A stretch of DNA of 64,000 nucleotides from Lingula anatina (Eukaryota; Animalia; Brachiopoda). The stretch spans positions 5,828,001-5,892,000 of the forward strand of contig CM120649.1 in assembly GCA_051362555.1 (NCBI GenBank), given 5' to 3'. The notes under the pieces are model-generated. The model had not been told where the DNA came from, made no database searches, and saw nothing but the letters and a program-made list of their open reading frames with translations. The position numbers and the translations under genes are program-made. Positions 38,241 through 50,115 of the stretch are shown in pieces. Positions within the stretch are counted from its first letter, which is position 1; the number at the start of each line of letters is the position of its first letter.

Positions 38241-41200
38241 TCCTCAATTGTAAAATTGTGTACTGTGCAAGTCTGTATCCAATGGACGACACTTTGTGTT
38301 ATCAAAATATAAAATTCATGATAATAAAAGAGTGCTAAATAGAAAATAAGCATTATGAAAATAAAATGTTTGAAAACGAATTTCTTCGGTCTTTTATTTT
38401 ATTTCATCAGTATCCTTTCTTTTCCTAAATTAATTGATGTTTTATCTCCTAATCTTCAATTCTAAAAAAGTGGCAAAGCCCAGCATTAAATATTGTATAA
38501 CTGTTCATTTAATCATCATCTCTGGTGTTATTTTGGAATTTACCTTAAATATGAAAGAATTTCATAAAAATGTGAATTGCTGCAAAGTAACGCTATATAA
38601 AATTTGCTTTGCATTAAAAGTACAATCATTATTACATGTAGATGCATGCATGTCCTCGGTTGTAATGTGTAGTGTCTGTCCGTGTGTGTGTCCGTGTGTG
38701 TCCTCGGTTAGAATGTAAAATTCTTGTCAGCAAAAAATTAGTTTTTATAAAAAATTAATTTATAACATTCATACTCGAATAGATTTTACCCTAAATTGAA
38801 TGTTTTTATTTTGATTTAACCAAGGAATAAGATGTCCTCGGTTGTATGGTGTTGTGCTGATGTCCTCGGTTGGTACACATAGACAAGTATGTGTGTGTGT
38901 GTGTGTGTGTTTATTTATAAAAAGAAAGAAGTACCTGACCTAAACATTTTTTCCTATCCCCCAGAGCACTTTGGTGCCATACAGCCCCCCCCCCCCCCAC
39001 CAAAAAAAAAAAAAAAAAAAGAAAAAAAAAGAAAAAAAGAAAAAAAAAACACAACACAACACAACAAGAACAAACAAATACTCAAGGCTCTTTAGAAATT
39101 ATTTACACATAGACTCGTTCACTCAATGTTATGTGACTGACATATGCAATAGGATGTTGGATGTAACATCTGCTGGTAGCAATGGCGGTCATCTCAGTTT
39201 ATGTCTGAGAAAGGTTAATGGCCGCAAGCTAGCACTGAGTACTAACTAGGACTTAATTTTCTGCTACATACTGATATAAATAATACAGTTTTATTCAGTC
39301 ACTGTACATTAAAAACACACATAACATGAAAATTATTTTTATAAGTTCTCACTGTTACAGTACAAGACACATCACAAAAAAGTGACAACCATGTCTTCTC
39401 CATCATTACATGTACATGTTCTCTTGCTTGACCCTTTCTATATTGTTTTATCATTCTTTTATGATTGCCAGTATCTTCATCAAATAATCATAGCTCATCT
39501 ATCCCGTTAACAACGATCAGAGAATGGATAAATTTGCACAGCACTTTACTCAACAGCACCTTCTTGAACGAGAGTAATTGGCAATATTTACCATTCAGGC
39601 AATCCTATAGTGCTTAATAGTAAAATAAAGGAGTTCTGCTAACAAAAGTCTCCAGATCAATTAGAGAGCAGTACTAGGACTGTAGAAATGAGACGGGTCG
39701 GGACTAAAAGCATGTACTACCGTAATTAACTCCATGCATCTACAAAGTGCACTTCTTCTTCATAGGCCACCACCGATGTGGAGTTTGACAAACTTCAATA
39801 ATTATATTTTGCCGAAGGTTTCTGTTTCTGGCCATTAACCAAATGTCTCTTGTTGGAAATTCAAAATGGTCAAGAAAGGTCTTTCCTTCTCTGCCTCGGG
39901 CACTTCGCCAGGTATTCTACCACTTAAGATTAACCAATCCCTCTCTTCTGATGGAATGGCCCAAGAGCAAAGTGCACTATTTACTGCAAAGCTCTTGTAT
40001 TAATTAATTCATCCTCTCTCGCTATGTGTGAGAGATAAACCCGGTTTCATCAATTTGTTGTGTGGTCACACTTGAGAATATTGATTTCACCTGCAATTCA
40101 TCTCACAGTTGCGGTTTATCTCAATAAAAAACGTTTCATACAGGTGTCAGCAGAAGCAGATACATGATATTGATTTTATTTGTCATTTAACAAGCTGGTA
40201 TTGGAAAGTGGCATACTAAAGAACTATATATATATATTCATTCTGAACTACATTTACCTCTCTTTTACTTTGCTTCTTTTTTCATTCCTCCATTCTACGA
40301 GAGTGCATGTACTTCTTTTCTATTCTTTCATTTTCTCTCTTAATCATCTTCATCTTTTCTTTTTTTTATGTCTTCTTTGAATTTTTTTTTACCCTTTTAT
40401 AAAAAAATTAATAATTCTTGCCTACTAAGCCTTAAAAATGTCTTTTCTTGTAAATCCTTTCATACTACTGATAAATAAAAGAAAAATAGCTTTAAATGGT
40501 ATGCCTTCTTTAAATCATATTTTAACAGTTCAAAATCAGATCAATAAAAATGACTGTTTTGCCATATCACGTCAGCCTATTTCCCTGTGTCATTCTTCAA
40601 TTAACCCAGACTAACGACTCCAATAATTTAATTATTTGTCGAATTTCTTTTCCCAGAGATCAATAAAGAAATGCTCACTTAAGGAGCCTGTATATATTCC
40701 AAGAAGTTATCAGATCAGAAAACAGAAAATTACTGGTCAAAATCAATACCACTCCAATTATTTGACAGTATATATTACACATTGCTGGCATCACTTTTGC
40801 AAACTAGTACTAGTGAATCTTAGCCAAATACCTTAATTTAATAAAATACCAAACTCTCACAGTATGAGGACCCCAGTGGAATTAATTCTGAGGACCTCCG
40901 TGTATCACCCTAAGAATAATCTCAGTATCCAGAAATAAAATCACATAAATAAATTCATTCCTTGATTCTACATACTAGTATATTCAAATATTACCAAACA
41001 TCTTCCCCACCAACCCTGGGTTTCAATGGATTTCCAGAAACTCACCTCCACTATTTCCATACATGTGTGTGTCATATCCAGTACATGCTAATATAACAGA
41101 ATACCAAACTGATTAAAAGGCCATTGCAATAACCACCTCTGAAACAGGTGCCTTAACTGACACAATAGACAAGATCTAAGAGTGCTTTTAAAACAAATGA

Positions 41201-41439
41201 TCTGCGGACTAACTGGTTCTCTGACTAAATATGGCTGACCCCACCTAAAAGCAGTGCTGCTTAATCTCCTGATGGTCTCCCTGCCTCCACACTCACCATT
41301 AAATGGATTAAATCTCGGCTGCAAGGTTTAAATGCTAGGCCCTTGCAGCAACGGCGAGGGTAGAGGCAGGGAGACCATCCGGTAATTTGTCGATGCTGCT
41401 TTTAAGTGAGTTGGCCATATTTAGTCTGCGGATCTGTTA

Positions 41440-41665
41440 GGGTGCTTTCCCAGAGATTTAGATCGATCTAGAGATTAAGATTTAGATCGACCTAACTCCC
41501 TGGGGGTTCAAGCTAAATTGCAGTCAGCCGAGCGGGCACCATAGTTAATTACCCCCTTACAGCTTTTAGTAGGCGGGACAGACGCTTAAGCCAGCCAAGC
41601 TGACAGTAATCTAGTGAGACTCCCCACAGGGATAGATCGATCTAAAAATCTATGGAAATGGGGTG
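41440..41665. mobile_element. Tourist-like MITE family A copy, nested in a family B MITE
   Basis: TTA TSD; internal TAGATCGATCTA palindromes; near-identical inverted copy at 48075-48300. Confidence 0.85.
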
Positions 41666-42437
41666 TTAGTGCACGTATCAACTTGTTCAGAATGCTCTCT
41701 TAGGCAAAAAGAAATAAATATTTCAGATTTGCTCTCCCTGTATCTCTCCTAAGTGTGCTGTACTAACATAGCCACTTTTATCTTTGATATCATGAGATGT
41801 TTTTAATTGACTTTCACATTGTAAATAGCTTTTAAACTGAAAGTGTCTGGTAACCCTGGGAGCAATATTCCATCCCAAGGGATGGTAGTTATAAGGTTGA
41901 CAGGGCAAACCAATGTCACCATCAAAGACATTGCACTGTGGTAAATTACTTGTAAAATGCAGATATTGCTGTACTTGTAAAACATTCAGTCATGGCAAGG
42001 TCTGTTCTTTAGCTCAGAAACAGTAGTACATATATACATCTGTGAATAAATAAATGAACATATAAAACAGAAAAATAAGTGGAAAGATATTTTGTGACAA
42101 CTATATATAGCCATGAATATGTCCATGTAGATAATATCAAAGGAATCAATCTAATGGACGACAAACTGAAGGATCTGTCCAATGTGTGAATCAAGAAAAG
42201 AAACAACCTTGTTGGAAAATGGTACATGAGAAGTAAAACCAGGATGCTGATCTGCCTTTTTCTCTTTTTTTTTTTATCATTTGATAAGCTTAGCAAGGAA
42301 TGATGAGTCTGATTTTATGCTTAAATAAATCTACTAGTAAGGCCAGTTTGGTGAGTGGGTCCATCAGTCACCCTGAGTGTCAGAAGATCAAAGCACACCC
42401 CTATCATCAGCTCACTTACCCCTGCAATATCCAGTAA

Positions 42438-42851
42438 CACCCCATGTTACTGGACAACCCATCTCCCAGGGGTTTCTCCCTAAATTGCTTTCAGTTTAAA
42501 TAGTTCTGATGTCAGCAGGGGCGTAACCAGACCTTCAAAAATTGTACGCACAGATTTTGAAAATTCCCAGGTACGATTATATTCCTTGAAAAATACACTG
42601 AATTAATGGAGAATAATATCATGGTTGGCTCAAAAAATTGTACGCACAGTGCATCCTTGCGTATGCCTGGTTACGCCCTTGGTCAGCATGCCTACCAAAG
42701 CTCTTAAGGGTTAATTAACTAGTATTGTTTGGCAGCTTCAGTAGGCGTGCCAGACATTTAAACCACTTAATTAAGCCAAAAGCAATTTGGCAAGAAACCC
42801 CTTGGAGATAGGTCGATCCTGTTAGATTGATCTAGGTATGGGAATAGGGTC
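42438..42851. mobile_element. MITE family A-related copy interrupted by a 5-bp-TSD MITE
   Basis: TAA flanks; the halves resemble the partial copy at 4056-4195. Confidence 0.65.
42516..42681. mobile_element. hAT5-like MITE
   Basis: CAGGGGCGTAACC...GGTTACGCCCTTG; TSD GTCAG. Confidence 0.75.
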
Positions 42852-43602
42852 TAAATTCTTGCCTGTTCTTTTTCAGTAACTGTATATGACAGAGACAGGC
42901 TGGTAGTGAAGGTTCTCAGTGTTCTCTGCAACTCAGGGTGATAAAATTAATTCACCTTTACAGGAATATGAGGGTATTGACCTGTAGGCAAATGCTTGAA
43001 CTCAAGCACATTAAAGAGGCTGTCATCTGTAATCATCCATACACAGCTCCAGTAGCCTTTCTAGATAATTACTAGTACATGTAGTAAAGACGTGATATGA
43101 ATTGTTACTCTCTCTCTCTCTCTCTTTCTCGCTCCATAGACTTTAAGCATTACCAATTTTACGCCCCAGGGAAGCTTTTCAAGATTCTTATTGATAGGGC
43201 ATAGTGATACCATCCAAAAACAATGATATTACAGATTATCTGCATTTAGTTCTCAAGCTTTCAGTTTCACTTCTAGTTAGAATCCTATAAAGGTATCCTA
43301 TCAAGGATTTTGTTCACATAATTTGACAGCAAGCTGTGACATCTACTCATGCATCTGAATATTATATTTAAGTTAAAATATTTACCACCTGGAGAAAGCA
43401 TAAAGGCACAGATGCAACTCTTAAAGTTGTACAAACCTACATGTACAGTCCAAATTCACTGACTGATTTAATGAATTTGTCCTACTTCCTGTTATCTTTC
43501 CAGGATTCCTAAATTGAAGCACAAGTTTAGGTGACTCATGATCACTTACTAGTACATAATAATCAGACTAATAAGCTGTCAGTCTCTCTACACATACCAG
43601 TA

Positions 43603-43786
43603 CAGGCCCGTAGCCAGGGGGGGTTCGGGGGGTTCGGGGGGGTTCGAAAGAACCGCCCCTTTTGCTGGAATAAGGTCCACTCTGGGTAAAATTTGCTCTA
43701 GGTACATGATGTTTTTATGGAGAAAGGTCCACTTTTTCAGAAAACGAACCCCCCTTTTGAAATTGCTGGCTAGCTATAGGGGACTG
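43603..43786. mobile_element. hAT5-like MITE
   Basis: CAGGCCCGTAGCC...GCTATAGGGGACTG; TSD CAGTA/GAGTA. Confidence 0.6.
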
Positions 43787-45284
43787 GAGTACATACATGT
43801 ATGTGGCATTAAAAAACTTTAAAGATAAAATCATGCGAAAAGTCAGGCAGTCCCAATTACTGACCCCAGATAAGCAGTAATTCAAACATGGCATTTTCAC
43901 ACATATATCATCTTAAATTGATAATAAATATACATAATATGGCATCATTCTTGACATACTCAAATACAGTCTGATGGCGTATCAGTATGCCATATAAAAT
44001 ATCTTATCATCACAACTGGGAAATAAAACACTGTGGCCTGCTATTAATCAATAATCGATATCTCAATAGGAGGCTGTGTTATGTAAGGTATGTACTAGTA
44101 GGGGCCTAACCTTAATTACATTACAGATGTAGCTTGGATTGCACTGAGTTATTTATTTCAATCAGATCTGCAATTCTAATGAAGAACCAATTACTATACT
44201 GACTATGGGGTCATCCATTTCATTATAATTTTCACAAGTCTAGGGGGAGGGGATTAATGTCCTCTCTTCATCTTTGGGGAAAATAATGAAAATGATGATA
44301 TCCAAATTGCTGTCAAAGGTTTTCATTTTTGGCTTTTCATCTGGTGCTCTCTGGGGGTGGGGGGTGTCTGGAAAAAAGTATACCTATTATACATGTTGAA
44401 AAATGTTGATGATAAAAAACCCTAGACCCCAGGGTGAAAGTTGTGAAAACTAAATATCCTAGAAACGTATACAGCTGGCAGTTTTTCATTGCATATATTA
44501 TATACCATATGAAAAAACATCAAAATTTAGATTGAAAATCCTGAAATCAGGCATAATTCTGAAAAATTTCACCCATGTTTACAACTGTCTTCTAAGGTCT
44601 GAGTCACAAGGGGCCAACTCTACTCTCTTTTATCCTCTCTTCCTCCTTCAGCAACATCCAAGATCTGCTGAAGTTTCAGACAGACTCACTTACCAAGTAT
44701 GTGCTATCAATTCTCTATTCTAGCAAAATTTCGACAAAAACTTCTTTCAAACCAACTTGGCATGTTGTGGATCAATATAATTGTCATATACTATACAGTT
44801 TTAAAGTACATGTGCATCTCCACTATAGAAAACATATACGCTGGTAGAGAGTAAAGTACTAGTATGCTGAAAACATGTTTATACCTGTATATGAACAGGT
44901 ATGTAATGTGAGTACAGCAAGGTGAAAATTAGCCTCAGGTTGACCTCCATATTCACTACAGCTTAAAACCTCACAGTGAGGCAAGGTGGAAAGGTGTGTT
45001 CAGATCTGTATATGAGCAGGTATGTAGTAAGGCGAGGCGAAAAACATATTCACTTCAAAAGCTGTATGTAAAGCTGTATGTAAAGCTGTATGCCAAAAGA
45101 GTTCCGGTTAACTGAATTGCCTATCTACCTACCAACCAGTTCAGGTTGCCTAATGGGGCTATCAGTTTTTTTCACCACTGTGTGGCGCGCGTGTTTTAGT
45201 TGGGGTACTTTTGCGCATGCGCGTACTTTCTCGTGTGTTTGCAGTTTCATTTTTAATCTGACGCTGTAAATATCGCTCTAAATA

Positions 45285-46620
45285 ATGCCAGGATACTGTT
45301 GTGTTCTGGAATGTACATCGTCAACAGGAGGTCATTCTTTCCGAAAGACACAAAGCAAAGTTACCAGTGGAGAGTTGCCATCAGGAGGGTTGATTCTACA
45401 TCAAAAACACTATGGAAACCAAAGGCACATGACAAAGTCTGTTTCCTCCACTTTCGTGAGGAAGATTACACTTCTACGTAAGTTGTACTTGCTGTTGTCG
45501 CTTTTAGTATTAATAATGAGTTTGTCAACTTATTCATTAGGTCTTTGTTATCGATGTTTAAGTAATTATATCGTGTAACGTGCTTAGAATGTTAATTTTA
45601 AGACATTCTTCACCTAGCATTATGTAGCGATTTTGGGGGGGTGGGGGGGGTGGGGAGAAAACACTCTACGACTAAGCTACCGAGCCCGGGTCAACCCCGA
45701 CCAGCCAATACAATTATTTCTTCGTTTTTATATGATAATCCATGAGGTTTTTTAAAGGCCACGTTTTCAAATTAAGACAACTTGATTTTAATTGTATTAA
45801 TAATCGTTATGTGCACTCCTTTTGCAGATGAGAGAAAAAGACTGAAGCCAGGAACGATACCATATTTCCATTTAATAAAGTGAAAGACGTACTATCATCA
45901 GCCGTCTAGCTAAACGCTGCGAAGTATCAGATCCGGTGACAGTAGGCCTACTAACAGCTCCTGATTATATTCATGGAGGTAAATATAACGCATGATATAA
46001 TAACAGATTTAAAAATAAAATGTTTCTTTTTATTTGTATAATTATCTGTGTAAATACTAAAAAACCGAGAGACGGACTAAAGGGGACAAGAGGCAGTCAG
46101 ATCTGCGTCATTTCTGTCATCTACACCGATTTTATGTGTTAATTAATACATGAAGTATTTTTCTTTGTGTAATTTATTAACTTGTGTATTTATTTTTTGT
46201 TGTATCCTATAGGTTGAGTCTCAAGCAGATGAAGCAGTGGAAGACAAACATGAAGACTGCCCTGCTGAGAGCCAAAAAGAAAGTACAGCTTCCCAGTGTG
46301 ATATCATTACATCATCAGACACAAGAGAAAGCATCATGCTGTACCAGCAAAATGCAAAGGCTGTCCAGTATCTAACTGGATTTAGTCATTGTGAACACTT
46401 CATGTTGTTTTTCAATTGCCTTGGACCAGCAGCTCACCGCTTGAATTTCAAATGTTTGTCACCAGAGGACCAGTGTTTTTTGACCATTATGCATTTTGAC
46501 CGTTTCAAGCTATCGGTAACAACGGTGTCAGAAATAAAACGCACATGGATCAACTTTGTTTTTCCAGCTCAGTGAAATGAACATTTAGCCAGAACGTGAC
46601 ATTGTTGACGACTATATGCC
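45285..46620 (+). pseudogene. THAP-HTH transposase remnant (frameshifted, DDE core deleted)
   Basis: MPGYCCVLEC...HSF/PKD...WRVAIRR...W.P...VCFLHFREEDY, intron, RKRLKPGTIP; later QYLTGF...LSPEDQCFLT...FKLSVTTVSEIKRTWINF. Confidence 0.85.
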
Positions 46621-47599
46621 TGTAAAATTTAAGAAATATGGAGTATTGACTTCATGGGTAAACAAGAGTGACTGGCATAATTTGTCCTTGTCTTTCGGTT
46701 GCATTCAAAATATCACCAAACCTAAAAAATAAAATTAAATTAATGAGATTGTTTTTTTAACTGTTCTTTTCAATTTGTATTTCAAATGCAAAATGAAATT
46801 GAACATTCATAGCATTAAATTGTGACCTTCAAACCATGATATATCATCTCACACCTTGTATTTCTGTACTATAATGCAACTACAGGTACATAGTAGCTCA
46901 AGCTACATGACATTGTATGACATGACATTGATACAAGACATTTGAACAAGTAAAAAACTAGCAAACTTATTTTCGTTTGCACACCTACCTCAATGCTGTT
47001 ATTCTCCATGATCTTTCTTCATGCCACACTCGACCTTTACTTTGGCCTCTAGTTCTGTTTTCAAGTTCTGACACGTCCTTCTCTTTGACCTACCAACATC
47101 AATGCAAGGTTATGAGGGAGTGAAAAAAAACAATGATGTTAACAAAACGATGCTAACATTCTTGGCAAACACTGTTTAGATTGTCTACCTCATCTACACT
47201 TAGTTATGTCAACTGTCATTGACATAAAACACGCATCAGGCCTTGTTTTTCCCTTACAAATTTGCGTTGACACAAGTCGTGTTAAATGTCGGACCTGGTA
47301 CACGAAATTTGATTACTGAAACGAACGGTCCTTTATCGACTAGGAGTGCCTACAATAAACATATTTTAAACATAAATACCTTCATTATATTCTCGGGATA
47401 TGGAAATATGCAATGACAATATTATTTTCTTGGAATATAGTAATAAATTAGGCATATAAGTAGTGCGGAACTAGCCGCCGCTTACACCTGGCTTTTGACA
47501 GGGAGCTCACACAGAAACCCATATTTTACGGGAAGATTCGAGCGCGAAACCTTCAATGTTAGTGATACAGCTGACACATTTATAAGTAAATACACTAAC

Positions 47600-47700
47600 C
47601 TTTCTATCAAATCCTGTTTCTTTCCTCTTGTGGAGGCTCCTCTTTCAACTAGTTGAAGTTTTAACTTCGCACCGTTTGCTTTCCGTACTCTAAAGCCATT
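47600..47700 (-). pseudogene. SAP-domain exon of the element's second gene
   Basis: KLKLQLVERGASTRGKKQDLIER followed by a GTTAGT donor. Confidence 0.75.
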
Positions 47701-48074
47701 TCTACACGGACGCGAAAACGAGGCTATCTTCAATAACCACTATTACCCCAGCGCCCTCTTTAGGACAAACGGCTCCGCGTATAGCCCCATTCTGACTAGC
47801 TCCCATGCCAATTAAGCCAATCTTATCTCTTTGTTGCCCACTCATTGCTAACACACTTGATTTAAGACCATGTGGTTACAATTTCTAACCACAATGAGCC
47901 AATCTAATCCTCTGCTGTTCCCTCAATTGCTATTACAATTGATTTTATACCATGTGATTACATTTACAATGTCTAACCAGAAGAATTAAGCCAATCTAAT
48001 CCCATGTAGTGTTATGTATGTTACAAAACATACAGGGAGCAAACACAACCATCAAAATGGATTTCGACGTGTAA

Positions 48075-48300
48075 CACCCCATTTCCATAGAATTTTAGAT
48101 CGATCTATCCCTGTGGGGACTCTCACTAGATTACTGTCAGCTTGGCCGGCTTAAGCGTCTGTCCCGCCTACTAAAAGCTGTAAGGGGGTAATTAACTAAG
48201 GTGCCCGCTCGGCTGACTGCAATTTAGCGTGAACCCCCAGGGAGTTAGGTCGATCTAAATCTTAATCTTTAGATCGATCTTAATCTCTGGGAAAGCACCC
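48075..48300. mobile_element. MITE family A copy
   Basis: TAA TSD; reverse complement of 41440-41665. Confidence 0.85.
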
Positions 48301-48907
48301 TAAGATTAACTCTTTCACAAAAAGTCCAACAAAATCAGAATATTAATGTAGTAAATGAAGTTTATTTTACAGATCCTCCCAACCGTGTAGTATAAAAGTG
48401 GGATTTCTGCCAATAATAGGAGAAATCTCATGATTGATGCCATCATCTACATGTAGGTATAACCCTAATATTCCATCATTATTCACCTGTCTCACCTATT
48501 AGGCAAGTATATCTACCTGGAGTTTTTATCTACAAAACATTCAGCATTCAAACATATTGTTCTGCCATACTATAACATCTGTCAGAGGCCGTTGAGTTAT
48601 ATAAGAGTCCTACTACAGCTAGGAATAAATTGACACAAATCAATGCTTTTTATAGATTACTAATAATTTATAGGCTTAAATGTGAACTGTCAATACCTGT
48701 GTTTTAAGTAAAACCAATTTTCTCCCTGTGGCTGTTATGTCATTGATCATATTCACAAGGTTGTCAACTCTATTTGTTTTAAAGCACAAGTCCCCATTTC
48801 TGAATGTCACTTGTGGCTGTGTTGTCATTCTGCTATTAACACCATGATTGGCTTTCACTGAGACAACCTGCCTGCCGTCCGTTTATTTTGTCTATTTTAG
48901 ATGGGAA

Positions 48908-48959
<52 letters not shown>

Positions 48960-49526
48960 GCTGTACATGACTAGATACATGTGAGTGACGTCTACCATGC
49001 ACCTCCTTCACATTTTATCAATTGAATATAACATGATGTAATCCAGAATAAACTGGTCGCTGCCCTAGAGACTGTTTTTTTCTGGAGATTTGTTTGTAGA
49101 AGTCTGAAATTATAAGTTTAACCCTTTCTTATGTTCAATTGCCAAGTAGGGCACTTAAGCGCGAGAAGGAAGTCTGAACTAGAAAAAACTCGGAAAAATC
49201 TCAAAGCACAACTCAGAGAGGAATAAGGTGTATTTCAACCCTAACCTACCTTGATTTCCCTTGAACATTCTTTGTTCTAGTAATTAGCAAACAAATAAGC
49301 ACGGTTATCACATCATATATTGAAAATACACTCCATAAGTGTTTACCTTTGTGTCTAGCTATATTAAGCACATAATCTGAAGCGGTTTTGAGTGGCCACA
49401 AACCACACAAGAGCCTGGGTTTAAAATAAAAAAAAAAACTGAACAATTATCATGGGACCGAAAATTACTTTTCTGCATGTACTGAGATCTACAAGTGAAT
49501 TAAAAATCTCAGAATTCCGTGACTTT

Positions 49527-50115
49527 ATGGAAAAAAAAATCATGTCTGAAAAGTTGATAACAACTGTAAATCCACTCCACATGAGTATATCTGTGTAACT
49601 AGCTGTACACAGTGATTAAGGCTTCGTTCACATGGAAAGTCTATTTTCTAAAAATCTATTTTCTATTCGCGGTATATCTTGTGATCACGGTCTGTGCGAC
49701 AGTGTCCTGAATATCCCGCGGCGTAATTACTGGCGGCTACAAGTTACTATAAGTGATCATAAGATACCACGAATAGAAAATAGATTTTTAGAAAATAGAC
49801 TTTCCATGTGAACGAAGCCTAAGTGCTGTAGGATCTTACTTAGAACAGCCTTAAACTCAAAGGCCTGAAGGCTGAAGTAAAGACTTTAAGTCGCATTTCC
49901 AGTTAGGTTGGGTTGACTTAATGGAAAAAATCATGTCTGAAAAGTTGATAACAACTGTAAATCCACTCCACATGAGTACAGTATATCTGCCTGACTAGCT
50001 GTCCACAGTGATAAAGTGCTGTAGGATCTTACTTAGAACAGCCTTAAACTCAAAGGCCTGAAGGCCGATTTTAAAGTAAAGACTTTAAGTTGCATTTCCA
50101 GTTAGGTTGGGTTGA
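49527..50115 (+). repeat. Local tandem duplication (~195-bp unit), first unit carries the MITE
   Basis: ATGGAAAAAATCATGTCTGAAAAG...TTAGGTTGGGTTGA occurs twice. Confidence 0.9.
49620..49819. mobile_element. Young 200-bp Harbinger/Tourist-like MITE
   Basis: About 50-bp perfect TIR GGCTTCGTTCACATGGAAAGTC...; TAA TSD. Confidence 0.9.

Larger units (their letters stand above)
33286..38887. mobile_element. Composite element inserted in a (GT)n microsatellite, with AACCGAGGAC subterminal motifs
   Basis: Inverted ends CTTGT-N11-AACCGAGGAC; (GT)n on both flanks; 11 motif copies clustered at the two ends. Confidence 0.65.
45155..47788. mobile_element. Decayed ISL2EU-type (PIF/Harbinger-related) transposon
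   Basis: AT|GGGGCTAT ... ATAGCCCC|AT termini; + strand THAP and HTH_Tnp_4-like remnants, convergent - strand SAP-domain remnant. Confidence 0.8.
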
